Virus record (IMG/VR): IMGVR_UViG_2894484731_000002
Reading direction: 5' to 3' (one strand)
DNA from: an uncultured virus (IMG/VR IMGVR_UViG_2894484731_000002)
Taxonomy: Duplodnaviria; Heunggongvirae; Uroviricota; Caudoviricetes
DNA: 20,000 nt
The position numbers and the translations under genes are program-made. The notes below the pieces were generated by a model. That model had not been told where the DNA came from. It searched no databases and saw nothing but the letters and a program-made list of their open reading frames with translations. Shown one piece after another: positions 7,702-16,001 of the stretch (position 1 is its first letter; the number at the start of each line of letters is the position of its first letter).

Positions 7702-8993
7702 TTCGCTTGCTCCTGTTCGTCGGGCGTGTCGTCGATCTCACCCTGCAGCACCTCCCGCACCTCCTTGATGCGCATCCGCGCCCACGACTCGGACATGCCC
7801 AGCGCGTTGGCGATCTTGTCGGCTTTCAGGGCGACGCCGTCGAGCTTGGCAGCGCGGATCGCGTCGCGGGCGGTTTCCCGCTTCTCTTCGTCGCTCATCC
7901 CCGCGACCTCCTGCGGGGTCGGCAGGTAGGGGTCGCGGCCGGAATCAAGCTCCTTGCGCTGCTTGGCCTCCAGCCGGGCGAGGCGCCGCGCCTCAATCCT
8001 CGCGGTGCGCTCCGCACGCCGCTGCGCGATCTTGGCGGCGCGTTCCGCACGCTTGTCGTCACGTGCCGCACGCTTGTCGTCAAGGTGCGCACGGGCCGCA
8101 CGCAACGCCTGCTCGGGGTCGGTGATGCGGTGGATCACAGCCTGCCGTTTGGCGGCGAACACCAGCCGGGACCACAGCAGCCACTGCGCCCAGTCGAACT
8201 CCGCGACCCGCCATGCGGGGCCGTGCGCAACCGTGTCGCCGCCTTCCGCAACCGTGCGGGCGGTTGCCGCACCCCCCGCAACCGCCCGCACGGGGCCGCC
8301 GTCGGGGCGGGTCGCGTCGGCGTACCACATCCACATCGGCGGCCCCAGCAGCGACAGCAGCGCCGAGGGGATGGCCAGCCCGTGCAGGCCCGGCGCACCC
8401 GACCAGTGCGTGTAGTTGATGGCTGCCACAAGGGCCGCAAGGAGCCCCGCGGCGGCGAACTTCGCGTGGTAGCGGCGGCCCTCCCGGCGGGCCACGATGC
8501 CGTAGTCCAGGACGGTCACGGCGACCAGTTCCAGCCCTGCGGCGAGCATGACGGCCGCCCCCGCAGGCAGGTGCAGGTTGAGGTGGAAGAACCGGAACTG
8601 GCCGTACCCGGCGCCGCCGTTGACGATCACGTTGACGGTGAGGCGGCGCAGCCGTGACGCGTTGTCCGACAGCACCGTGCGGACGTGTGCGGCTGTCGTG
8701 CTGCGCTTGCGGCGGCCTGCCGCAACGTGCGCCAAGCGTGCGGCTTCGGCGTCACGCGCCTCCTCGGCGGAGGCGCGGCGCTCCCGCCGCCGCCGCTCCA
8801 GGGCAGCGCGGTGGCGGATCGCGTCGAGCTTGGCGGCGGTCTCGGCGTCGGCGACGGCCGCCTTGGCGAGTGCGGCGCGCCGCTCGGCGTCGGCCTGTGC
8901 GGCGAGTGCGGCAGCTTCCGCAACTTCCGCAACCGCCAGCGGGTCGGGGGCAGGGGCGGGGGTGCGCCGGAGCAGTGATCGAAGCATGGGCAT
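7698..8993 (-). CDS. Spd-like (DUF2637/SpdB-type) membrane protein with coiled coil and C-terminal HTH
   Basis: N-terminal Ala/Glu/Arg coiled coil, 3-4 hydrophobic segments, C-terminal ADKIANALGMSESWARMRIKE; downstream of traB; GAGGA RBS. Confidence 0.7.
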   Translation of the reverse strand: MPMLRSLLRRTPAPAPDPLAVAEVAEAAALAAQADAERRAALAKAAVADAETAAKLDAIRHRAALERRRRERRASAEEARDAEAARLAHVAAGRRKRSTTAAHVRTVLSDNASRLRRLTVNVIVNGGAGYGQFRFFHLNLHLPAGAAVMLAAGLELVAVTVLDYGIVARREGRRYHAKFAAAGLLAALVAAINYTHWSGAPGLHGLAIPSALLSLLGPPMWMWYADATRPDGGPVRAVAGGAATARTVAEGGDTVAHGPAWRVAEFDWAQWLLWSRLVFAAKRQAVIHRITDPEQALRAARAHLDDKRAARDDKRAERAAKIAQRRAERTARIEARRLARLEAKQRKELDSGRDPYLPTPQEVAGMSDEEKRETARDAIRAAKLDGVALKADKIANALGMSESWARMRIKEVREVLQGEIDDTPDEQEQAK

Positions 8994-9111
8994 GGTCCTC
9001 GGGGTTGGTCAGCTGGTGGCCATGAAAGCGACCTGCGGGGGGTCCGCGCAGCCGTACGGGAGCAATCCCAGGTCCGCGCCCCTGCACCTCCCGCTAAAGG
9101 ATCAAGGTGGG

Positions 9112-9456
9112 TTAGCCGTACAGGGCGAGCGCGACGACGGACACAGCGCAGCCGAGGGTGACGGCCACGACGGCGGGCACCGCCGAGCGGCGGCCGCGAA
9201 GGTTGGCGGCGGCGCAGTGCGCGGCGGCCAGCGCGACGACGGCGAAGGCGACCCAGAACGCCGGCTCGGGGATCGGCGCCAGCTGCAGGACCTGCGGCCG
9301 CGACATGAGGATCACCACCATGAGCGCGGCGAGCGACACGGTGTTGATCACCCCTGCGGGCCTGGTCGGGTGGCTGCGCAGGTAGCGGCGGCCGGGCCGG
9401 TCCGCGGCGGGCTCTGCGGGATGCTCGGGGGCCTGGTCGCGGGTGTCGTCGGTCAT
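9112..9456 (-). CDS. Small membrane protein with three hydrophobic helices, possible spread protein
   Basis: GAGGAG RBS; three hydrophobic stretches; located between traB and Spd-like gene. Confidence 0.75.
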   Translation of the reverse strand: MTDDTRDQAPEHPAEPAADRPGRRYLRSHPTRPAGVINTVSLAALMVVILMSRPQVLQLAPIPEPAFWVAFAVVALAAAHCAAANLRGRRSAVPAVVAVTLGCAVSVVALALYG

Positions 9457-9531
9457 CTCAGCTCCTCTTCGTGATCTTGTCTGGGTGCGGTGCGCGCGCG
9501 TGCGCCGAGCCCTGCGGGGGCTGGGCGGGCA

Positions 9532-9654
9532 GTGTGAGGCGCACTGTGACGTTCGGGCTGTGACGCCCCGGGTCTATAAGGGCTGTGCCAGGGGAGGGGG
9601 CGGTTTGCCCCGATTCACTGTGAGGTGATCATGGGCGTAACAGTGAGGTGATCA
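9532..9654 (+). repeat. Cluster of about 8-bp direct repeats (CTGTGASG-like), candidate clt locus
   Basis: GTGTGAGG 9532, CTGTGACG 9544 and 9558, CTGTGAGG 9618, CAGTGAGG 9641; last two extend as GTGAGGTGATCA. Confidence 0.45.
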
Positions 9655-9661
9655 AGACCCG

Positions 9662-12109
9662 TCACAGGTCCTGCACCGGCCACGACCCGCCGCCGCCGTC
9701 GGCGGGGCCGGGCCGGTCCTGACGCTGGGTGTGGATCACCTCGTACACGCCGTACACCTCGGTGTCGCGGATGCAGCCCCACGCGGTGAGGGTGGCCATC
9801 TCCTTACGCACCCACGAGTCGGAGCGCTTGGCCCGCCCGCGGATCGCCGCGTACACATCCGACGGCCGGAACTGGTTGCCCACCCCGATGTCGATGGCCA
9901 GGACGTCGAGCAGGACGTCCATGGCCTCATCCCGGCTGACCTCCTCCAGGTCCTCGTCCGGGTCGGGGAAGTCGATGTCGTCGAACCGCTCCACCGGGGG
10001 CCCGGTCTGCGGTTCGTCGTCACGCGGGTCGCCCATCCGTTCCAGCGCGTCGACCGCCTGGTGCAGGACGTGCACCGCGTCGGGGTCGCCGTCCATCTCC
10101 GCCGCCATGTCGCCGATGACCCGCTCGGCGACCTCCGTCAGCTCCGCCCGGTCCTCCTCCGCCCCGGGCTCGGTGCCGTCGAACTCGGGGTCGTCGCCGG
10201 GGTCGAGGTCGAACCCGGTGCCCGGCACCTGCCGTGGGGCGGGCGCGGGCTCGGCGGGCGCGGCCGGGGTGCTGCGCCGCTGCGCCGCCGGCGGCACCAC
10301 CAGACCCGGCGCAGGCTCGGCCGGGGCAGGCGCGGGCGCGGGGGGCTGGCCGACCAGCACCGCGCCGCGCGTCACCGGCGGCTGCCCCAGCGGGTCGGCG
10401 TAGCGCGGCCCGGGCTGGCCGGTGAACGCGTGCTGCCGGGGCCGGGCGTCGCGCCTGGCCTGCCGGGCGGCGGCGAACTTGGCGTACGGGTCGCCGAACG
10501 ACGCGGCGGTCACCGGGTCCAGGTCGATCTCCACGAACGGCCGGTGCTCGTCCAGCGCGGCCGCCACATCCGACCCGTCGCGGGCGCGCCGCGCCCACCG
10601 GGCGGGGATCACCTGCCGGTTCAGCGGCAGGTGCGTCAACGCCGTGAGACACATGCCGGGCTGCTTGTTGCGCCACACCCACGGCTTGGCCCCCATGTCG
10701 ATCAGCTCCGGGGGCAGGGTGAACCGCGCGTCGTCCGGGTCCTTACACCCGAAGTGGACGATGTCGGCGGTGTTGGCCCGCTGCGTCGTGTCGACCCGGT
10801 CGTGGACGAACCGCTGCGCCTCCGTCAGCAGCATGATCCCCACCGACGCGGCCTGCTCCGTGATCTTCACCATGTTCTCGTTGCCGTACAGCGCGGACGC
10901 CTCGTACATGTGAACCATCAGCCACGTCAGGCCGCACCCGGGAACCCACTCCCGCAGGTTCTTCCCCAGCGGGTTGCGCCACGGCTCGCCCAGGTGCTGG
11001 GCGCGCATCGGGATGGTGCGGTGGACCAGGCACCACAGGAACGCCCGCACCGCCGACATGGTCGACAGCGACCAGATCGCGGCGTCGCCGATCACCCCGA
11101 GCTGCTGGGCGCCCTTCACCGGGTCCAGCAGGATCACCCCGGAGTCCCTGCGGCAGGCCACGTTGACGTCCAGGAGTTCCCCGGCGTCGCCCTTGCCGGA
11201 TCGGGACATGCCGGTGAACGCCATGTGCGACTGCTGCTTGTCCTCCGCCAGGTCGCCCTTCCCGGCGACGTGCGGCAGCAGCATCGTCAGCGGCACGAAG
11301 TCCCGGTACCGGCCCAGCCCATCGATCGTCTCGATGATGCTTTCGCCCGGCCCGGACGGGCCGAGCCACGGGAACGGCTGCTTGAGCGGGTCGCGGCGCA
11401 GCACCTGCACACCGACCCGGTCCAGCTGCTCCCCGACGAACAGGGTGGTGCCCCCGGCGATGCCCCCCGCCCATCGGGTGATCTTGTCGATGACGCGTTC
11501 GTCGATGTCGCCCGGCACCTCGCCCGGCCCCAGGTCGATCCCGCCGCGGAACTCGTCCTTCGTGTTGGCGAGCACCACCATCTCGCTGTCGCGGATCGTC
11601 GGCATGTGCTCGGCGGCGAACACCCGCCACGCGGCCGACATCGCGGCGGGCGAGGCCGCGCCGCGCCGCTCCAGGTCCCGCAGCGTGTGGTTGCCGTGCC
11701 GCTTGTGCCAGATGATCGCCGACGCGAGCCCGGCGAAGAACGTGCCGATCTCCAGGAGAGCGTTCGGGCCGTACAGCACGGTGTAGGCGAACACGGCAAA
11801 CGGGGCACCGAAGTTGAACGCCTCGTGGCAGGTCGCGAAGATCTCGCGCCCCCTGTTGAGGTGCAGCGACGACCCGACCAGCACGGTCCCGCAGGCGGCC
11901 GCGCAGAACGCGGTGAACCCCTGCGCGTCGGCGGCCTGCGCCCCGAGGTACGCCAGCGGGGCCAGGCCGATCGACGCCAGCAGGATGATCCACGGGGCGA
12001 GCAGCCGCAGCGTGGCGGAGATCTCCCCGGCCTCCGACATCTGCCGGCGGAGCTTGCGCTCCTCGGCCTTGCCGCGCCGCTTGGGGTCGGACGTCAGGAA
12101 CGCGACCAT
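9662..12109 (-). CDS. traB: TraB-like FtsK/SpoIIIE conjugative DNA translocase, 815 aa
   Basis: N-terminal membrane helices, P-loop GMSRSGKG, Walker-B-like LMVHMYEA, Pro/acidic linker, C-terminal winged helix KRSDSWVRKEM; ATG 12109 in TGATG overlap after GGAGG. Confidence 0.85.
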   Translation of the reverse strand: MVAFLTSDPKRRGKAEERKLRRQMSEAGEISATLRLLAPWIILLASIGLAPLAYLGAQAADAQGFTAFCAAACGTVLVGSSLHLNRGREIFATCHEAFNFGAPFAVFAYTVLYGPNALLEIGTFFAGLASAIIWHKRHGNHTLRDLERRGAASPAAMSAAWRVFAAEHMPTIRDSEMVVLANTKDEFRGGIDLGPGEVPGDIDERVIDKITRWAGGIAGGTTLFVGEQLDRVGVQVLRRDPLKQPFPWLGPSGPGESIIETIDGLGRYRDFVPLTMLLPHVAGKGDLAEDKQQSHMAFTGMSRSGKGDAGELLDVNVACRRDSGVILLDPVKGAQQLGVIGDAAIWSLSTMSAVRAFLWCLVHRTIPMRAQHLGEPWRNPLGKNLREWVPGCGLTWLMVHMYEASALYGNENMVKITEQAASVGIMLLTEAQRFVHDRVDTTQRANTADIVHFGCKDPDDARFTLPPELIDMGAKPWVWRNKQPGMCLTALTHLPLNRQVIPARWARRARDGSDVAAALDEHRPFVEIDLDPVTAASFGDPYAKFAAARQARRDARPRQHAFTGQPGPRYADPLGQPPVTRGAVLVGQPPAPAPAPAEPAPGLVVPPAAQRRSTPAAPAEPAPAPRQVPGTGFDLDPGDDPEFDGTEPGAEEDRAELTEVAERVIGDMAAEMDGDPDAVHVLHQAVDALERMGDPRDDEPQTGPPVERFDDIDFPDPDEDLEEVSRDEAMDVLLDVLAIDIGVGNQFRPSDVYAAIRGRAKRSDSWVRKEMATLTAWGCIRDTEVYGVYEVIHTQRQDRPGPADGGGGSWPVQDL

Positions 12110-12501
12110 CACACCTCCATGGCCTCGTTGCGGGCGGCCTTCTTCCGCCAGTCGGTGCCGTACTTCTTGTCGCGCAGCCCGTCGATCGCCACCCCGGCGT
12201 ACTGCTCCAGGTTGGGGTAGAGGGTGCGCAGCCCCATGCGGGCCATGCGCAGGCCCATGGCGCAGGTGACCAGCCCGACGGTGCACAGCCGGGCGCGCAC
12301 CCACTTGTCGTGGCCTTTGTCGACGCCCTGCCGCTGCGCCTCCTTGAGCAGGGCGTGGATGCGGGCGGTCAGCTCCGACCGCCGCCAGGTGGATTCGGTG
12401 ATCAGGTCGGTCAGGTGCTCCTCGAAGAAGCGGGCGTAGGTGCGGACCTGCTCGGGTTTGCGGGTCTGCAGGTTGCGCAGTTCCTCCGCGCGCTTGGCCA
12501 C
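12109..12501 (-). CDS. Hypothetical protein in TraA position, coupled to traB
   Basis: GGAGG RBS; stop overlaps traB start; TraA assignment is positional only. Confidence 0.75.
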   Translation of the reverse strand: MAKRAEELRNLQTRKPEQVRTYARFFEEHLTDLITESTWRRSELTARIHALLKEAQRQGVDKGHDKWVRARLCTVGLVTCAMGLRMARMGLRTLYPNLEQYAGVAIDGLRDKKYGTDWRKKAARNEAMEV

Positions 12502-12502
12502 G

Positions 12503-12778
12503 TCACACCTCCAGGGTCATGTGCGGGGGATCGCCGGGGTCCTCGTCGGGGGCGGGGCCGGTGGGGCGGGTCGCGTGGTGCCACAGCTGGTGGCCCTCGG
12601 CGGGCCGCAGCCGCATCCACGCCAGGGCGGCGGCGGCGACGGCCAGGCCGCCGCACACCACGGCGGCCGCCGCCACGGTGGCGGCGGCGACCACGGCGGC
12701 GGCCACCGCCACGGCGAGCGTCAGCGACAGGCCGCGCCGCGCCCACAAACCGGCCTGTTGCCGGGCGCGGGCGTTCAC
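12503..12778 (-). CDS. Small membrane protein, 91 aa
   Basis: GTGA overlap at 12775-12778; long Ala/Val hydrophobic hairpin. Confidence 0.65.
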   Translation of the reverse strand: MNARARQQAGLWARRGLSLTLAVAVAAAVVAAATVAAAAVVCGGLAVAAAALAWMRLRPAEGHQLWHHATRPTGPAPDEDPGDPPHMTLEV

Positions 12779-13329
12779 GACCGGCCCCCGCCGGGGTGGA
12801 TCCACCCGGACAGGGCCAGGCGCGCCCGGTGCAGCCACGCCCCCAGGTGGGTGCTGAGCCCGGCGGCGAGCCCCGCCCCGAGCAGGGACACGTCGCGGTG
12901 CAGCCCGGCGACGTCCCGCGCCAGGGTGTACGCCCCCCAGGCGGTGGCGGCCATCACGACGAGCAGGCCGACGCCGAGCTGGGCGCGCACCCGCCGCCCC
13001 GGCCGCGAGGCCCGGCCGGTTCCGCCCGGGCGTCTGGCCGTGCCCTTGGCGGGGCGCGTGCCGGTGCGGGCGGCCGGGCGCGCGGCGCGGCCGGGCCAGG
13101 CGGGGGAGGGGGCGGGCGGGTCGTCGTCGAGCTCCGCCGTGCCGTCGCCGTCCTCGTCGGCGGGGCCGCCCGTGGGGTCGTCGTGGCGGGGGCGGGGCGC
13201 CAGCCGCACGCCGCGGATCGGCTCGGCCGGGCCGACCTGCACCGCAGGGCCGAAGACCAGCGTCGGCGTGTCGTCGGGGTCGCCGCCCGGCACTACGTGG
13301 GGGCGGTCAGCGTTCGATTGCTCACGCAT
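12775..13329 (-). CDS. Membrane protein with disordered N-terminus and two C-terminal helices; first gene of transfer operon
   Basis: Hydrophobic C-terminus; TATTCT -10-like box (13343-13338) 8 nt before ATG suggests a leaderless start. Confidence 0.65.
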   Translation of the reverse strand: MREQSNADRPHVVPGGDPDDTPTLVFGPAVQVGPAEPIRGVRLAPRPRHDDPTGGPADEDGDGTAELDDDPPAPSPAWPGRAARPAARTGTRPAKGTARRPGGTGRASRPGRRVRAQLGVGLLVVMAATAWGAYTLARDVAGLHRDVSLLGAGLAAGLSTHLGAWLHRARLALSGWIHPGGGRS

Positions 13330-13400
13330 AGGTCAGGAGAATAATGGACTGTCTACTGTTCAGGCGAGGATTGGCACAGCGGGCGGCTGCTGGTGGCATG

Positions 13401-13456
13401 AAAAAGGGGGGCGCCGCCTGCACCAGTCCCCCCGGATAGGTGCAGGGGCGCCCCCC
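13401..13456 (-). terminator. Rho-independent terminator
   Basis: GGGGGGCGCC(G)CCTGCACC / GGTGCAGGGGCGCCCCCC stem followed by TTTTT on minus strand, just after the 13468 stop. Confidence 0.75.
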
Positions 13457-13467
13457 GTTGTCCCGGA

Positions 13468-13827
13468 CTACGCGGCGGCGTGGCCGTCTCGACCCGGCGG
13501 CAGGCCCTCAGGGGTGAGGCCTGGCGGGGAGACGGTGCCCTTCTGATCAGGGTGAGCGCCGCGCGTGGCGGCCGAAGGGCGGGCCGGTGGCAGTCCGGGA
13601 TGGGGCGCCGGCGCCGTCGGACCCCTCCCACGGCGCCGGCGGTCTTCGTCGATCAGGGGCGCCCAGCGGGCGCGGTACGGCTCGCAGGTCCAGCAGTCGC
13701 GGTGCGAGCCGGGGAGCAGGACGCTGGCCAGGCGGTGCGCCCAGCGGGGCAGGCTCGGGGCGCCGGTTGGTGCGACGGGGCTCAGGGCGCGCGGTGTGTG
13801 GGGCCACGACCAGCCGACGAGGTCCAT
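13468..13827 (-). CDS. Hypothetical protein with HxxCxxC motif
   Basis: ATG 2 nt after upstream stop; ends just before terminator; SHRDCWTC. Confidence 0.55.
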   Translation of the reverse strand: MDLVGWSWPHTPRALSPVAPTGAPSLPRWAHRLASVLLPGSHRDCWTCEPYRARWAPLIDEDRRRRGRGPTAPAPHPGLPPARPSAATRGAHPDQKGTVSPPGLTPEGLPPGRDGHAAA

Positions 13828-13829
13828 CG

Positions 13830-14165
13830 TCAGGGGCGGCCGGATGCTGCTGCGGCGATGGCCTGGGCGGCGATGGGCGGCTCGCCCTGCCGAGGGCCGG
13901 GCGGCGGGAACTGCGGCGACACGTTGGCCTGCATGCCCGGGGCGGGCTGCGGGCCGTCGGCCGGGCGGCCGGTGCCGTTCACCGCGGTAGGCCCGCTGAT
14001 GCGGATCGCCTTGACCAGGTGGAACACGACGGCGGTGACCTCCCGGCCGTCGTCGTAGAAGCGGACGAACCGCGCCTGGTCGTCGGTGTCGTACTGTCTG
14101 GCGACCACCTGCATGTCGTCCAGGTCGTCGTCTTGGAACTCGACGGTGAAGACGGTTCTTGTCAC
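13830..14165 (-). CDS. Hypothetical protein with beta-rich N-terminal domain
   Basis: AAAAGGGGG RBS; protein-like N-terminal 58 aa. Confidence 0.75.
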   Translation of the reverse strand: MTRTVFTVEFQDDDLDDMQVVARQYDTDDQARFVRFYDDGREVTAVVFHLVKAIRISGPTAVNGTGRPADGPQPAPGMQANVSPQFPPPGPRQGEPPIAAQAIAAAASGRP

Positions 14166-14291
14166 GCGCTTTACCCCCCTTTTGCTTGACCCCAGAAATG
14201 GCTACGCGGGCGCATCCGAGGAACGCGCCCGCATAGGTGGCGCCACGTTAGCCCGACTGGGCGGGCTGTGACGGGCGTTTGCGCAAACCCG

Positions 14292-15122
14292 TCAGGGGAC
14301 CGGCATGGCGATCGTGTCAGCGGCGGCGGTCCTGTCGCTGTCGACGTACGGCGGCCGCCGGTCGGGGCTCGGCCCCGCCTGGCCGTCGCCGCGGGGCGCG
14401 GGGGCGACCAGCGCGCCGAGCAGTTCCGCCGCGTCGGCGGGGACGGCCGGGTCGGGCTCCGGCGGCGGGACGGGCAGCGGGGCCGGGCGGGCGGTCGTCG
14501 TCGCCCACAGGGCGGCGGCCAGCTGGGCGCGGGCCAGTGCGTTCTCCGGTTCGGCCGGCAGGACCAGCCCGAGCGCGCGGGCGATCCAGAACGGGTCGTA
14601 CGGCAGCTCGGGGCCGAAGTCGACCCGGTTGGCGACGGCCGCGCCGGAGGTTTGGGCGCAGGCGTGCCAGCCCTGCGCCCACCCGAACATGGCCCCGGCG
14701 GCGTGCGCGGTGACGTCCAGGTGGCCCAGGTGGGGGCAGGGGAACCCCTGCTTGCGCAGGAACTCCCGCAGGAACTCCGGTTCGCGGTCGCGGCCGATCG
14801 TCACGAGGTGGGCGTCGACCATGATGGACGCCAGCTTGTCGGCTACCGCCCGGCGGGTGGTGGGGATGGTGTTGCCGAGGTTGGGGTCGATGGACACGAC
14901 GGGCTCGTTGTTGTGCTCCCAGGCTTCGCGCCGCTCCAGGTAGCGGGTGCGGCGCAGCTCGGCGTCGTCGGCGGCCTCCAGGTGCTCGGGCCGGATCGCC
15001 CAGTGGAGGGAGACGTCGGCGGCCCCGGGGCGGCGCAGGATCGCCGCGATCTCGAACGTTTCGTGCCGCAGCGGGTCGTTCCCGGTGCGGGAGATCGCCA
15101 CGAACAGCAGGTTGCGGCTCAT
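14292..15122 (-). CDS. DnaQ/DEDDh 3'-5' exonuclease-fold protein, catalytic residues degenerate, 276 aa
   Basis: LLFVAISRTGNDPLRHETFEIAAI matches the ExoI pattern hhhDxETTGLDP..HEIxEIA; ATGA overlap at 15119-15122 with GGAGAGG RBS. Confidence 0.7.
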   Translation of the reverse strand: MSRNLLFVAISRTGNDPLRHETFEIAAILRRPGAADVSLHWAIRPEHLEAADDAELRRTRYLERREAWEHNNEPVVSIDPNLGNTIPTTRRAVADKLASIMVDAHLVTIGRDREPEFLREFLRKQGFPCPHLGHLDVTAHAAGAMFGWAQGWHACAQTSGAAVANRVDFGPELPYDPFWIARALGLVLPAEPENALARAQLAAALWATTTARPAPLPVPPPEPDPAVPADAAELLGALVAPAPRGDGQAGPSPDRRPPYVDSDRTAAADTIAMPVP

Positions 15123-15415
15123 TGCCTCTCCGATCTGCAGGGTGTCAGGTGGCGGGTGCCGGGGGCCGGGATCAGGCGGGTGACGTCGAGTTCGCGCCAT
15201 GCCGGGTGCGTGACGCGCATCACCGTGCCCGAGTCCAGCGTCCCGACGATGCGGACCGAGCCGGGGCTGGCCGGCTCGAACCGGTCGACGGTCATGGGGG
15301 CCAGCCGGTCATGCACGTAGTCGCCGACCCGTAACCGGCAGGCTTTGCGGTCCCGCCGGGACGGTTGGTGTGTCGGCGTCGGCTGACCGGCCCCAGGTGC
15401 GGGGTGTGGTTCCAC
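15119..15415 (-). CDS. Hypothetical protein (ACRLRVGDYV motif), contains a TTA codon
   Basis: Lies between promoter at 15437-15466 and the coupled exonuclease-like gene; start uncertain. Confidence 0.6.
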   Translation of the reverse strand: MEPHPAPGAGQPTPTHQPSRRDRKACRLRVGDYVHDRLAPMTVDRFEPASPGSVRIVGTLDSGTVMRVTHPAWRELDVTRLIPAPGTRHLTPCRSERQ

Positions 15416-15426
15416 GACCGCCAGTG

Positions 15427-15466
15427 TGCACGATGGACCGTACGCCTATGTACAAAAGCTTTTCAA
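15427..15466 (-). promoter_or_regulatory. Promoter TTGAAA-N18-TACGGT overlapping fifth copy of the 24-bp motif
   Basis: -35 at 15466-15461, -10 at 15442-15437; TGCACGATGGACCGTACGCCTATG at 15427-15450. Confidence 0.7.
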
Positions 15467-15553
15467 GAGTGCCTGTGCGGGTAGGTCGGCCGTGCGCGCC
15501 CCCGACGCGCGCACGGGAGGGCGGAAAAATTCTTCCTGCTGGGTGTGTCGTGG

Positions 15554-15706
15554 TCAGGCCGCTGGCGAGGATGAGGCCGACCCAAACAGGCGGGGGCCGA
15601 GGATTTCGGCCGCGTGTTCGATCTGCTCGTCGCTGAGTTCGGTGTCGACAGGTCCTGCGCCGATGATCGCCGCTTCGATTGCCGTGATTACTGATTCGTC
15701 CCGCAT
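15554..15706 (-). CDS. 50-aa protein, paralog of 17832..18017, RDF-like
   Basis: Hand translation MRDESVITAIEAAIIGAGPVDTELSDEQIEHAAEILGPRLFGSASSSPAA; below ORF-track cutoff; alternative in-frame ATG at 15727. Confidence 0.65.
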   Translation of the reverse strand: MRDESVITAIEAAIIGAGPVDTELSDEQIEHAAEILGPRLFGSASSSPAA

Positions 15707-15782
15707 CAGGGCAGACCGCCGGGGCATGGGATCGGCGACAAGGGGTCGTTGCCTACGGAAACAACCTGAGTCATGCTCAGGT

Positions 15783-15811
15783 ACCGTAGGAATCAGTAGG
15801 CATCACGTCAA
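15783..15811 (-). promoter_or_regulatory. Promoter TTGACG-N17-TACGGT divergent from repressor
   Basis: -35 at 15811-15806, -10 at 15788-15783. Confidence 0.75.
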
Positions 15812-15866
15812 GGAGTTTCGGCCAACTCCTTGGAACCAATAGGAATCAGTTAGGACATTTGGAACC
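15787..15866. promoter_or_regulatory. Operator-like repeats in the switch region
   Basis: TAGGAATCAGT at 15787 and 15840; perfect inverted repeat CAAGGAGTT-N6-AACTCCTTG at 15809-15832; TTGGAACC at 15830 and 15859. Confidence 0.6.
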
Positions 15867-16001
15867 CGAAAGTTCCCAATAATCTCAGCTATAACAGGCC
15901 GCGCAGACGACCAACGACTGCCTAACGCACGTTTTCAAACTGTTTCCATCTGACGCCAACTGGTGCACACTCAGGATGACTCCAAACCAGGGAGGATTCC
16001 G

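Noticed and set aside
825..12220. Long + strand ORFs (825..2798, 3033..4772, 9731..12220 and similar)
   Set aside because: Antisense shadows of minus-strand genes, expected at high GC; no motifs
12110..12304. Extended traB start at 12304
   Set aside because: Overlaps the upstream gene; GGAGG plus TGATG coupling supports ATG 12109
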